Shown here: positions 56,255-63,746 of the stretch, piece after piece
Layout: the number at the start of each line of letters is the position of its first letter
Position numbering within the stretch: the stretch's first letter is position 1
Virus record (IMG/VR): IMGVR_UViG_3300045972_000138
Coordinates: 124,001-188,000 of that record
DNA: 64,000 nucleotides
Reading direction: 5' to 3' (one strand)
The notes under the pieces: model-generated
What the model was told of the DNA's origin: nothing
Database searches by the model: none
Seen by the model: the letters and a program-made list of their open reading frames with translations, nothing else
Program-made: the position numbers and the translations under genes

Positions 56255-56443
56255 GCCTCAGTACCTCAGTGGATTTGTGATTGTACTACTTTAAAGGAAC
56301 GTTTAGTAGGGATTGCACTTTAAAGACGAATGCTTCTTCTTGCACAGATGCGCGATCTGGAATGGTTTTAGTTGAAGTCAATACTGTAGAGGGCCGGATT
56401 TCTAATCCGAAAGTCGGGGGTTCGATTCCTTCCTGCGGCACCA
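56255..56443 (+). tRNA. tRNA-Arg(UCU) interrupted by a ~112-nt insertion in the D-loop
   Basis: 5' part GCCTCAG-TA-CCTC-AGTGGAT (56255-74); 3' part (T)A-GAGG-G-CCGGA-TT TCT AA-TCCGA-AAGTC-GGGGG-TTCGATT-CCTTC-CTGCGGC-A-CCA (56387-443). Confidence 0.75.
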
Positions 56444-56513
56444 TATAGAAACACATTTCCGACAGTAGGCGGAGGTGACAATGTCCATTCGGGTGAATGT
56501 GTTTCTATATGGT
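56440..56513. repeat. ACCATAT...ATATGGT hairpin 5 (19 bp)
   Basis: ACCATATAGAAACACATTT / GAATGTGTTTCTATATGGT. Confidence 0.92.
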
Positions 56514-56620
56514 ATGAAGCGTACTGTAACACTTAGTGGGAAAGCGCCTTCTGTTGTATATGATTTAGCAACTCACCTCTGGTAAATCACGACAGGAGAA
56601 AGTTACAGCCATTTTTATTA

Positions 56621-56800
56621 TGGTAAATGCGGAGACTGATCCGCGAGTTAGGTTGCGTCACCGGGTGGCTTATTTTGCCAAGATCACATCAGATTGAGGC
56701 TACACTCCTACCGCGGAAATTGGGTGATGTCCGAGGGTCTGAAGCGTAAGATGAGTAGTAGGAAAATCTAAATAATGCAGGAGATCAGTACCTGTTACCA
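56621..56800 (+). ncRNA. Closed structured unit TGGTAA...TTACCA
   Basis: Nested stems ACTGATC/GATCAGT, AGATT/AATCT and TCCTAC/GTAGGA; CCATTTTTAT direct repeat at 56609 and 56798. Confidence 0.55.
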
Positions 56801-56804
56801 TTTT

Positions 56805-56943
56805 TATAGAAAGCTTCCTGAGTAGCTACACTGGAACAACTGAAATACTAATGCCAGCCCCGAAAAAAGTGGGAAAGTTTCTTAGGACCAGCCAGGAAGA
56901 GTAGGGCTACCACGAATTCGAGCGTCACAGGAAGCTTTCTATA
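56805..56943. repeat. Terminal 16-bp inverted repeat of the array
   Basis: TATAGAAAGCTTCCTG / CAGGAAGCTTTCTATA enclosing a GTAGC/GCTAC branched interior. Confidence 0.9.
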
Positions 56944-56955
56944 GATAAATACTGT

Positions 56956-57171
56956 ATGGCCACAATCAAGCGAAAATCTAAAATGACAGATGATGATTTC
57001 AGACGCGATTTCGAAGACAGTGTCATTATGGAAGAACTTGATTTTGATACCATACCAATGGAACTATTAGCAGAATTTGAAGCAATGTCTATACAGTCAA
57101 AAGGTATAGACCAGGATGTACAAGAACATATAGAAACTGAATTTGATCAATTACGTGACACCTATCTATAA
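56956..57171 (+). CDS. Small acidic late protein, leaderless
   Basis: ATAAATA (56945-51) 4 nt before ATG. Confidence 0.65.
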   Translation: MATIKRKSKMTDDDFRRDFEDSVIMEELDFDTIPMELLAEFEAMSIQSKGIDQDVQEHIETEFDQLRDTYL

Positions 57172-57386
57172 TGCTATTAAACATATTAAAACTCCTAGTG
57201 GTGGGCAAGCCAAAGGCCGCAACTAAAACGCCAAAGTACGAATCCTGGTACAATTCCGATATACGACTGTGGACTGCACAATTTAAAAATGATTCTGGTG
57301 ATCAGATTGGTAGTGCAGGATTTGGTGCCAACAAATCTTCAGCAATTGAAGATCTATTCTACCAAAACATAGACATACTAGAATAA
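57171..57386 (+). CDS. Hypothetical protein
   Basis: TAATG-coupled. Confidence 0.6.
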   Translation: MLLNILKLLVVGKPKAATKTPKYESWYNSDIRLWTAQFKNDSGDQIGSAGFGANKSSAIEDLFYQNIDILE

Positions 57387-57421
57387 TTGTGTTATACTAA
57401 CCACAACTAAGAAAGATTGCT

Positions 57422-57928
57422 ATGGACATTGTATACAAAGCGCGGGTATTTGCTACTGCTGCACACTACGCGGTTAAACAGGTGCGGAAGTACACTGGTG
57501 AACCTTACATCGTGCATCCAGCAGAAGTAGTTAACATTCTGTACAAATATGGTGCAACAGACGAAATGGCTGCTGCAGGATGGTTACACGACACAGTGGA
57601 AGACACTGGTGTCACAATCGATGTCATTTACTACGAATTTGGGCAAACCATCGGCGAATATGTGAATTGGTTGACTGACCAAACCAAGCCCGAAGATGGT
57701 AACCGTGCCGTACGAAAGAAGATGGATGCTGATCGTTTAGCACTGGCACCAGCCGAAGTGCAGACTGTAAAGTATGCTGACCTGATCTCCAATACCAGGT
57801 CCATTACTGAATATGATGCAGGTTTCGCTAAAACATATTTGGTTGAAAAGGCTTACCTGTTAAGCGTAATGACAAAGGGTAATCCGCACCTTTACGAACT
57901 TGCGATGAAGAATATTGTATCAGTCTAA
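57422..57928 (+). CDS. HD-domain (p)ppGpp hydrolase-like protein (small alarmone hydrolase, SpoT-HD/Mesh1 family)
   Basis: AH..Q.RK..GEPYI.HP..V, A.WLHDTVEDT and VK.AD..SN motifs. Confidence 0.88.
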   Translation: MDIVYKARVFATAAHYAVKQVRKYTGEPYIVHPAEVVNILYKYGATDEMAAAGWLHDTVEDTGVTIDVIYYEFGQTIGEYVNWLTDQTKPEDGNRAVRKKMDADRLALAPAEVQTVKYADLISNTRSITEYDAGFAKTYLVEKAYLLSVMTKGNPHLYELAMKNIVSV

Positions 57929-58108
57929 GGTACTCTATGAAATACGCTAAAATTGCGGTTGGAATCCTATTTGTGTTAGTGCTAGTCAAAGGTCTTCTGT
58001 TTATCTCTAGTGAAGAGAACAGTATTAGACTGAATACTGACTGGGGCATCGCAAAAGATCATCCAATAAAATAATTGACTTTGTTTAAATTACTGCTATA
58101 ATACATAT

Positions 58109-59527
58109 ATGACATACCAACTTATTAAAGAAATCGCATCTGATAACTCCAAGCTTCACAAGGAAGCAGTTATCAAGCGCGAAGCACTTGCAAACAATAG
58201 CGATTTCTTTGCAGGCCTGCGCTATGCACTGGACAATATCGACACCTTCGGTGTTAAGAAGGTTCCAGAACGCAGTGGGCCCGACGGCCCTGGGTTGCCG
58301 TTTATTGGATTTGCTGCATTAGCGAACCAACTCATTGAACGCAATATTACTGGCGGCGCTGCATTGGATGCAATTGAAAAAGGTATGCGTCTTGCAACCA
58401 ACGATGAGTGGAATGGCTGGTATCGTCTCATTCTGATTAAAGATTTGAAGGCAGGCTTCTCCGAGAGTACTGTTAACAAGGCAATCAAAGATACCCACCC
58501 GCAATGGGTAATTCCAACTACGCCGTATATGCGCTGCACATTGCCAGCCAAGTCCAACATGGAAGACTGGGATTGGAGCAAAGGTATTTACAGCCAAACC
58601 AAGGCCGATGGTATGTTTGCTAATGTGAACATCCGTCAAGATGGTTACTTGTGGGTTACTAGCCGTGGTGGTACATTGTTTCCACCCGGTAGCCTGGGCA
58701 TCGAAGATCAGCTTGTCGCAGTGTTCGATAAGGGCACACAGACGCACGGCGAACTTACTGTCTATATCGATGGTGTGTTGCAAGCTCGCGAAATCGGCAA
58801 TGGTATCTTCAACAGTCTGCTTAAAGGCGGATCGTTGGAAGCAAACCAGAAGGTGCATTACGATTGCTGGGATCAGATTCCAATTGCCAAAGCACTACCT
58901 AAGGGCAAGTACGAGATTGGATACGAAAAGCGGTTTACTGTTTTAAAGATTCAGGTTGATACTGCAAAGAAAGATTCAGTAACTGCACACTTGGATCCAA
59001 TTGAGCTTACCGAAACGCGCATTGTGTTCTCTATGTCTGAAGCTGTAGTGCATTACAAGGAACACCGTGCTCGCAAGTTGGAAGGCACAATCCTTAAGGC
59101 ACCTACTACAATTTGGAAGGATGGCACATCCAAAGACCAAGTTAAGATGAAGGAAGAGATTGACGTTGAGTTGAAGGTAATTGGCTTCAATCCTGGCAAG
59201 GGCAAGAATGCAAACACATTTGGTTCTATCCAGTGTGCAAGCGAATGCGACTTGCTGGAAGTAAATGTGTCTGGTATGAGCGATGATATGCGTGCTGCTA
59301 TCCACGCAGACCGTCTGAACTGGCCCGGTAAGATTATTACTGGTCGTTCCAACTCGCTGCTGGCTCCAAGCAAAGGTAAGAAGAATGGTAAGTGGTCTCT
59401 GTTCCTCCCGCGCTTGATTGAAGAGCGTATGGACAAGACTGTTGCCGATACATTGGAACAGATCCAAGCTCAGTTTGCTGCTGCTGAAGCTGCTGTTAAA
59501 TCTACCGAAGAGGATAGCGAAGAATGA
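58109..59527 (+). CDS. ATP-dependent DNA ligase (T4 gp30-like)
   Basis: Adenylation motif QTKADG, HGEL, EG.ILK, W..G.S....K.K and SLFLP motifs; leaderless after TTGACT-N16-TATAAT. Confidence 0.9.
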   Translation: MTYQLIKEIASDNSKLHKEAVIKREALANNSDFFAGLRYALDNIDTFGVKKVPERSGPDGPGLPFIGFAALANQLIERNITGGAALDAIEKGMRLATNDEWNGWYRLILIKDLKAGFSESTVNKAIKDTHPQWVIPTTPYMRCTLPAKSNMEDWDWSKGIYSQTKADGMFANVNIRQDGYLWVTSRGGTLFPPGSLGIEDQLVAVFDKGTQTHGELTVYIDGVLQAREIGNGIFNSLLKGGSLEANQKVHYDCWDQIPIAKALPKGKYEIGYEKRFTVLKIQVDTAKKDSVTAHLDPIELTETRIVFSMSEAVVHYKEHRARKLEGTILKAPTTIWKDGTSKDQVKMKEEIDVELKVIGFNPGKGKNANTFGSIQCASECDLLEVNVSGMSDDMRAAIHADRLNWPGKIITGRSNSLLAPSKGKKNGKWSLFLPRLIEERMDKTVADTLEQIQAQFAAAEAAVKSTEEDSEE

Positions 59528-59676
59528 ACGAAGAAATGGTAACCATCACTAAAGCAGAATACGATCAACTCTGTAAGGACTCTGAGTGGCTTGGCTATCT
59601 CGAAGCGGCTGGTGTTGACAACTGGCAAGGTATCGACGAAGCAATACAGATGCGACGAGAGGACAACGAAGAATGA
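59524..59676 (+). CDS. Small protein (L.YLEAAGVDNW family, 50 aa)
   Basis: Read manually; ATGA-coupled. Confidence 0.6.
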   Translation: MNEEMVTITKAEYDQLCKDSEWLGYLEAAGVDNWQGIDEAIQMRREDNEE

Positions 59677-59790
59677 AAGACTGCCCTGATTGCTGGCAAG
59701 AAGTAATCGATGCAGACACAACTGAGTGCGAAAGCTGTGGCTTTAAATTTGTTGAGTTGATTGCTAATGAACACGATTGGGAAGAAATAA

Positions 59791-60003
59791 GTGAAACAGT
59801 ATAAAATTTTAGATACTATCTATTTGGGATTCTTAACTCATAATGATTCTTACGAATTGTTTATTGATCCGGGGTTTGGGCATTTGAAATTTGACGGTAG
59901 CGATATTGTGTATATTGATGCACACGGCGGCGAACACGTTTCGCACACTACAAACAACGCGATCGATATTTGGTTAGAACAAGGAAAGATTGAGGTGATG
60001 TAA
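59791..60003 (+). CDS. Hypothetical protein
   Basis: GTG start within a coupled run of ORFs. Confidence 0.55.
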   Translation: MKQYKILDTIYLGFLTHNDSYELFIDPGFGHLKFDGSDIVYIDAHGGEHVSHTTNNAIDIWLEQGKIEVM

Positions 60004-60154
60004 TGAAAGAAGAATTGTTAAAACTTCTTTACAGTCAACGCAGTCAAGTAATAGCAGACAGCGAACCCGACGAATTCGATTGTCTAGTTGGCCTTGTCGA
60101 AGATGGTACAATTAGTACCTTTGAAGAACTTGCAGAATATGGCGTTGAGAAATA

Positions 60155-60257
60155 ACTTTCGAAATGGGGATGCGTTAGGTCAAGATTATAAACCTGGAAG
60201 AACCCTATATATGTTTAACTAGGGTCCTAATGTTCGGTTCGAGACCGAAGCGAAAGT
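60155..60257 (+). ncRNA. Cloverleaf-like element with canonical T-arm
   Basis: ACTTTCG/CGAAAGT closing stem; TTCGG-TTCGAGA-CCGAA; ACCCTA/TAGGGT; AGGT/ACCT. Confidence 0.4.
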
Positions 60258-60274
60258 ATCTATAAGGAGATGAA

Positions 60275-60451
60275 ATGTTTGCTACATTGGTATTCTGTAT
60301 TGTGATGTCGTTATTTGCAGTGGGATGTGTTGTTAAACCGCACTCAGATGCAAGGCGCGGAGATGTTCTTAAAACGTGGCTTGTTATGTTTTCGTCTTGC
60401 TGCATTGTATCGTTTCCAGTGCATTGGGCATTTGTTGCGCTTTTTTGGTAA
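60275..60451 (+). CDS. 58-aa two-TM membrane protein
   Basis: AAGGAG SD; read manually (MFATLVFCIVMSLFAVGC...WAFVALFW). Confidence 0.65.
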   Translation: MFATLVFCIVMSLFAVGCVVKPHSDARRGDVLKTWLVMFSSCCIVSFPVHWAFVALFW

Positions 60452-60457
60452 TAAATA
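60451..60457 (+). promoter_or_regulatory. Late promoter ATAAATA in front of the hammerhead
   Basis: 4-5 nt spacing to the first paired base of stem I, the same spacing as to ATG in the leaderless genes. Confidence 0.65.
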
Positions 60458-60461
60458 CTTT

Positions 60462-60541
60462 ACACAACTGATGAGTCCTTAAGGACGAAATTACAGAAGT
60501 AGTAGGATAAGGGATGGGATTCTCCTTCTGTAATATTGTGT
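60462..60541 (+). ncRNA. Type I hammerhead ribozyme
   Basis: ACACAA-CTGATGA-GTCC ttaa GGAC-GAAA-TTACAGAAG...CTTCTGTAA-TA-TTGTGT: complete core and three stems; predicted cleavage after AUA (60535). Confidence 0.9.
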
Positions 60542-60838
60542 TATAAACATTTATATCGGTAGATAATACAACCACTATGGCATTACAAGCATCATAAGAG
60601 GTGAATGGTGCTTAACGCTATATGCATTTAAACTAAGATATTAAAGGTAACTATGCGCTCATCCACACGCAGGGAGAATATATCCAAAGGATTCTAATTT
60701 TTGCCAAACAGACCTGTTGGCGGTCTAGTCCATCATATGACTTTAAGGTGCCTATGAATAATATAATTATCGGATGAAAAATCCAAACCGCTCTCGTCAC
60801 TGCTCATCGGGCGAGATGTAATATGTAAGCAGATTGGA

Positions 60839-60864
60839 GGGCCCACTTCGGTGGGCTTTCTTTT
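60839..60864 (+). terminator. Rho-independent terminator (cUUCGg)
   Basis: GCCCAC-ttcg-GTGGGC followed by TTTCTTTT. Confidence 0.88.
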
Positions 60865-60879
60865 GACCACAAATAGTTG

Positions 60880-60908
60880 TTGACTGGTAGTGCTTCCTGC
60901 GTTATAAT
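60880..60908 (+). promoter_or_regulatory. Sigma70-type promoter
   Basis: TTGACT-N17-TATAAT. Confidence 0.8.
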
Positions 60909-60937
60909 AAAGACATACACAGCAACCAGGATACACA

Positions 60938-61321
60938 ATGTATACCAAGTATATTGAAGCACTGCGAATGATGGACGAAGTTATTGCAGTAGGCAAGGAC
61001 GAGAAACAGACACTTACCAAGTGGGACGAGTTGTTTACTTACATCCACGCTAACTTCGAATCCCCACATATCGGCAAGGCGGCTGAAGGATATGATGTAC
61101 GTGTAGATTACAACTATTGCCGGCCTGTAATCGACGGATCCTTTCGTGAAAATATGGAGGAAGTTATCCGCAGCATTCCGCCTATATTGCTCGACATTGT
61201 GTGGCCAATTGGTATTGCACGTTTCCTGCTACGCGAAAATCGTGTGAAGTTTAACCATCGCTGGTCTACTACATTTGGCGAATTCCACGACCGTTACGGC
61301 TATATGATTTTGGAGTGCTAA
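60938..61321 (+). CDS. Hypothetical protein, paralog of 62694-63041
   Basis: AGGA SD; shared IH..FE.P and F..FH.RYG motifs. Confidence 0.7.
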   Translation: MYTKYIEALRMMDEVIAVGKDEKQTLTKWDELFTYIHANFESPHIGKAAEGYDVRVDYNYCRPVIDGSFRENMEEVIRSIPPILLDIVWPIGIARFLLRENRVKFNHRWSTTFGEFHDRYGYMILEC

Positions 61322-61325
61322 TACT

Positions 61326-61814
61326 ATGTCACTAATCAGTCAACTCAACAAACTTGGTAAGGCCGTGAATTGGGAATACCCCAATATCAACTACGGTGGT
61401 TGCTGTGTGTATGCTGCATTAGTTGCCGAAGCCTTGCTGTTGCATAAGGTTAATGTGCGCGGCATTGTAGCATCGCGTGAGGCGTGGGACTTCAATCGAT
61501 ATAATTCTATTGATGATATTCGCCCGCATATCAAACATCACACAATCAACCGTTGGCAAGATAACGGTGTTGATTTTAGCCACATTGGGTTGGAATTCGA
61601 GATAAATGGTAAGCTTCGTCATTATGATTCCACTGGTGTAAAGAGGCCGGCGCGGGTCTTTAGCAACATGCCAATTTATAAAGGTCGCTTACAAGTGTAT
61701 GAGCTTGTAAAATTAGCAGGCAAGGCACAGGGTTGGAATACAGCATTCAATCGTCGCCACATACCAAAAATCCGTGCAATGGTGCAGGATTATTTGGCAA
61801 TTGATAAAGTTTAA
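61326..61814 (+). CDS. Hypothetical protein, possible papain/transglutaminase-like fold
   Basis: INYGGCC..A, downstream HI and YDS (Cys-His-Asp arrangement). Confidence 0.5.
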   Translation: MSLISQLNKLGKAVNWEYPNINYGGCCVYAALVAEALLLHKVNVRGIVASREAWDFNRYNSIDDIRPHIKHHTINRWQDNGVDFSHIGLEFEINGKLRHYDSTGVKRPARVFSNMPIYKGRLQVYELVKLAGKAQGWNTAFNRRHIPKIRAMVQDYLAIDKV

Positions 61815-61823
61815 GGAATAGAA

Positions 61824-62225
61824 ATGGTAAAAGAAACTGCCGCTGCACGTCGTGAGCGTGAAGCAAAAGAATTCGATAAGGCCAAGGAATTGGAATGGGC
61901 AGAATTCACTGCTGCTTATCCTGCTAACTTTGCCAATCTCATTTTTGAATATATGGGTTTGTATTACGCAGGCTTCCGTGTTAGAAAAATAGACAGCGAC
62001 ACCTACAACTTCAACCGTGAAGACTATTCTTGGAAAGAATTTACGTTGCAGGTGGTTCCTCCTAAATCCTACACGTGGGAATATATAAACGATTTCGATA
62101 ACGCATACAAAACCTTAGCAGATTATGCGGCCGAAAAGGCAGAAGAGCGTCGTAGGGAATCTGTGCGAATGGCAGCACTGGCCAAGTTGAGCAAGGAAGA
62201 ACGCGAACTGTTGGGGGTAAAATGA
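61824..62225 (+). CDS. Hypothetical protein
   Basis: AAGGA SD; ALAKLS.EERELLG tail. Confidence 0.75.
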   Translation: MVKETAAARREREAKEFDKAKELEWAEFTAAYPANFANLIFEYMGLYYAGFRVRKIDSDTYNFNREDYSWKEFTLQVVPPKSYTWEYINDFDNAYKTLADYAAEKAEERRRESVRMAALAKLSKEERELLGVK

Positions 62226-62689
62226 AACAACTTTACGCTATCCGTGCATTTGGTGGTTCTTACGAAGATGCGTGGGAACGGACAGAATATGTAACCGATG
62301 ATTTGGTCAAGGGTGAAGCATACTGTGCAGAGATGAATGCCTTCCGTGATGAAGTAATTACTGCCAAGAAGAAATGTCAAGAGTTCAGCCAACAATGGAT
62401 AGCACAAAATCCACGCCTTCCACATCCAGAACCAAAACAAATAGTGGTTCCACGGTGGGATAGCAAGACAAAGGTTACACAAGAAATGCGCGACGAACGT
62501 AAGCGACTAGAAGAAATAAACACCAATGCCAGAATGGTTGCATATGAACCTATGCGTCAATGGGGATTGGATTATAATGCCGCTATGAAAGCGTTCGACG
62601 CTACCTTCTCTGCTGAAATACAAGAAGGTCTTCAGAAGAATTGCGATGACACATATTGGGATATCGAACCCGTTGAATGGCTGGAGTAA
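62222..62689 (+). CDS. Hypothetical protein
   Basis: ATGA-coupled; GGSYEDAW start. Confidence 0.7.
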   Translation: MKQLYAIRAFGGSYEDAWERTEYVTDDLVKGEAYCAEMNAFRDEVITAKKKCQEFSQQWIAQNPRLPHPEPKQIVVPRWDSKTKVTQEMRDERKRLEEINTNARMVAYEPMRQWGLDYNAAMKAFDATFSAEIQEGLQKNCDDTYWDIEPVEWLE

Positions 62690-62693
62690 CAAA

Positions 62694-63041
62694 ATGGACA
62701 AATACACAAAAGCGATTGAATTGTTTAATACCTGTACATTATCGGCGCCCGATAATGTAAATGAGTGCGTAGATAATTTCCTGCTGCATATACACACAAC
62801 GTTTGAAGCCCCACGTTCTTCTCCTGAAAATATTGTAGAATGCAAAAACATATTGTTAAGGAAGATATCTAAGGAAGATATACTACGCATTCCTACTGTT
62901 GTTTCGGACGATATGTATCCTGTTGCGTTAATGAAGTTGTTGCTCACCGAATATCAACTTCCTATCATTGCGTCTAAGATTATGCATTTTAATGCATTCC
63001 ATAGTCGCTATGGTAGCATCATAATTCAATCAATGATGTAA
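62694..63041 (+). CDS. Hypothetical protein, paralog of 60938-61321
   Basis: GGAG SD before ATG 62694. Confidence 0.7.
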   Translation: MDKYTKAIELFNTCTLSAPDNVNECVDNFLLHIHTTFEAPRSSPENIVECKNILLRKISKEDILRIPTVVSDDMYPVALMKLLLTEYQLPIIASKIMHFNAFHSRYGSIIIQSMM

Positions 63042-63046
63042 TAGTA

Positions 63047-63074
63047 TTGACAAGGCTCCTATCTGTGCTATAAT
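63047..63074 (+). promoter_or_regulatory. Sigma70-type promoter
   Basis: TTGACA-N16-TATAAT. Confidence 0.8.
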
Positions 63075-63104
63075 AAAGGCATAGAGTAACAAAAGGACCA
63101 TACA

Positions 63105-63398
63105 ATGTCTTACATACTATTTGACCCAAACACAACGAAGATCGTTCGCATTATGCGTAACGGTTACTGGCAAGATGCTAAGTTTGCCACAATGGCTGCT
63201 GCTAAGGCTGCTGCTACTCGTATGTTCAAGGCAGGCACGCTGGCAAACGATGCTTGTGCAATCTTGGAAGCAAGCGAGTTTGCCAAGATTGAAAAGACCG
63301 AGATTGTGCAGAATTTGATGACTGGCAAGGATGTTGTGCAAAGTGTCAACACTCCGCTTTGCTGCGATGTATCTTCCGAAACTTATTGGAGCACCTGA
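63105..63398 (+). CDS. Hypothetical early protein
   Basis: AAGGA SD; AAAKAA.TR and TP.CC..SSETYWS motifs. Confidence 0.75.
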   Translation: MSYILFDPNTTKIVRIMRNGYWQDAKFATMAAAKAAATRMFKAGTLANDACAILEASEFAKIEKTEIVQNLMTGKDVVQSVNTPLCCDVSSETYWST

Positions 63399-63545
63399 AA
63401 TGAAATACCTTGTGATTAGCCTGTATGATGGTACGCACCGTGTCGAGACCGAACTCGATGCCGATGCTTTCTTCGATATGGATTGTATTGAAAGCGAAGA
63501 AGCTATTGTGTGGCGCGGCGAAGAAACAATGATTGTCCGCTTCAA

Positions 63546-63746
63546 ATGACTAAACAAGAAGAACAAATTCGGACTCGTATTGCCCGCAAAGGTATCTACT
63601 CCGAAGATATCAAACACGCAGGACGGTTAACCGATGATGAGATTGCCGACCTGGCTATCGATAAGGTGTATTCCTGGGTGCGGCAGGGTGCGTGGAAAAC
63701 AAAAGACTTCAACAAGTGGCTGAAGGTAATGAGGGTAATAGAATGA
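63546..63746 (+). CDS. Hypothetical protein
   Basis: ATGA-coupled; VY.WV..G.W...DFNKW motif. Confidence 0.65.
   Translation: MTKQEEQIRTRIARKGIYSEDIKHAGRLTDDEIADLAIDKVYSWVRQGAWKTKDFNKWLKVMRVIE

Noticed and set aside
55101-56943. CRISPR array interpretation of the repeated ACCATAT/ATATGGT motifs
   Set aside because: Repeats alternate in orientation, share only about 7 nt, spacing is irregular (about 60-600 nt) and no cas gene is in the window.
60560-60620. Twister ribozyme suggested by TTACAAGC within a hairpin
   Set aside because: Could not assemble the P1/P2 stems and both pseudoknots by eye; left as an untested possibility.
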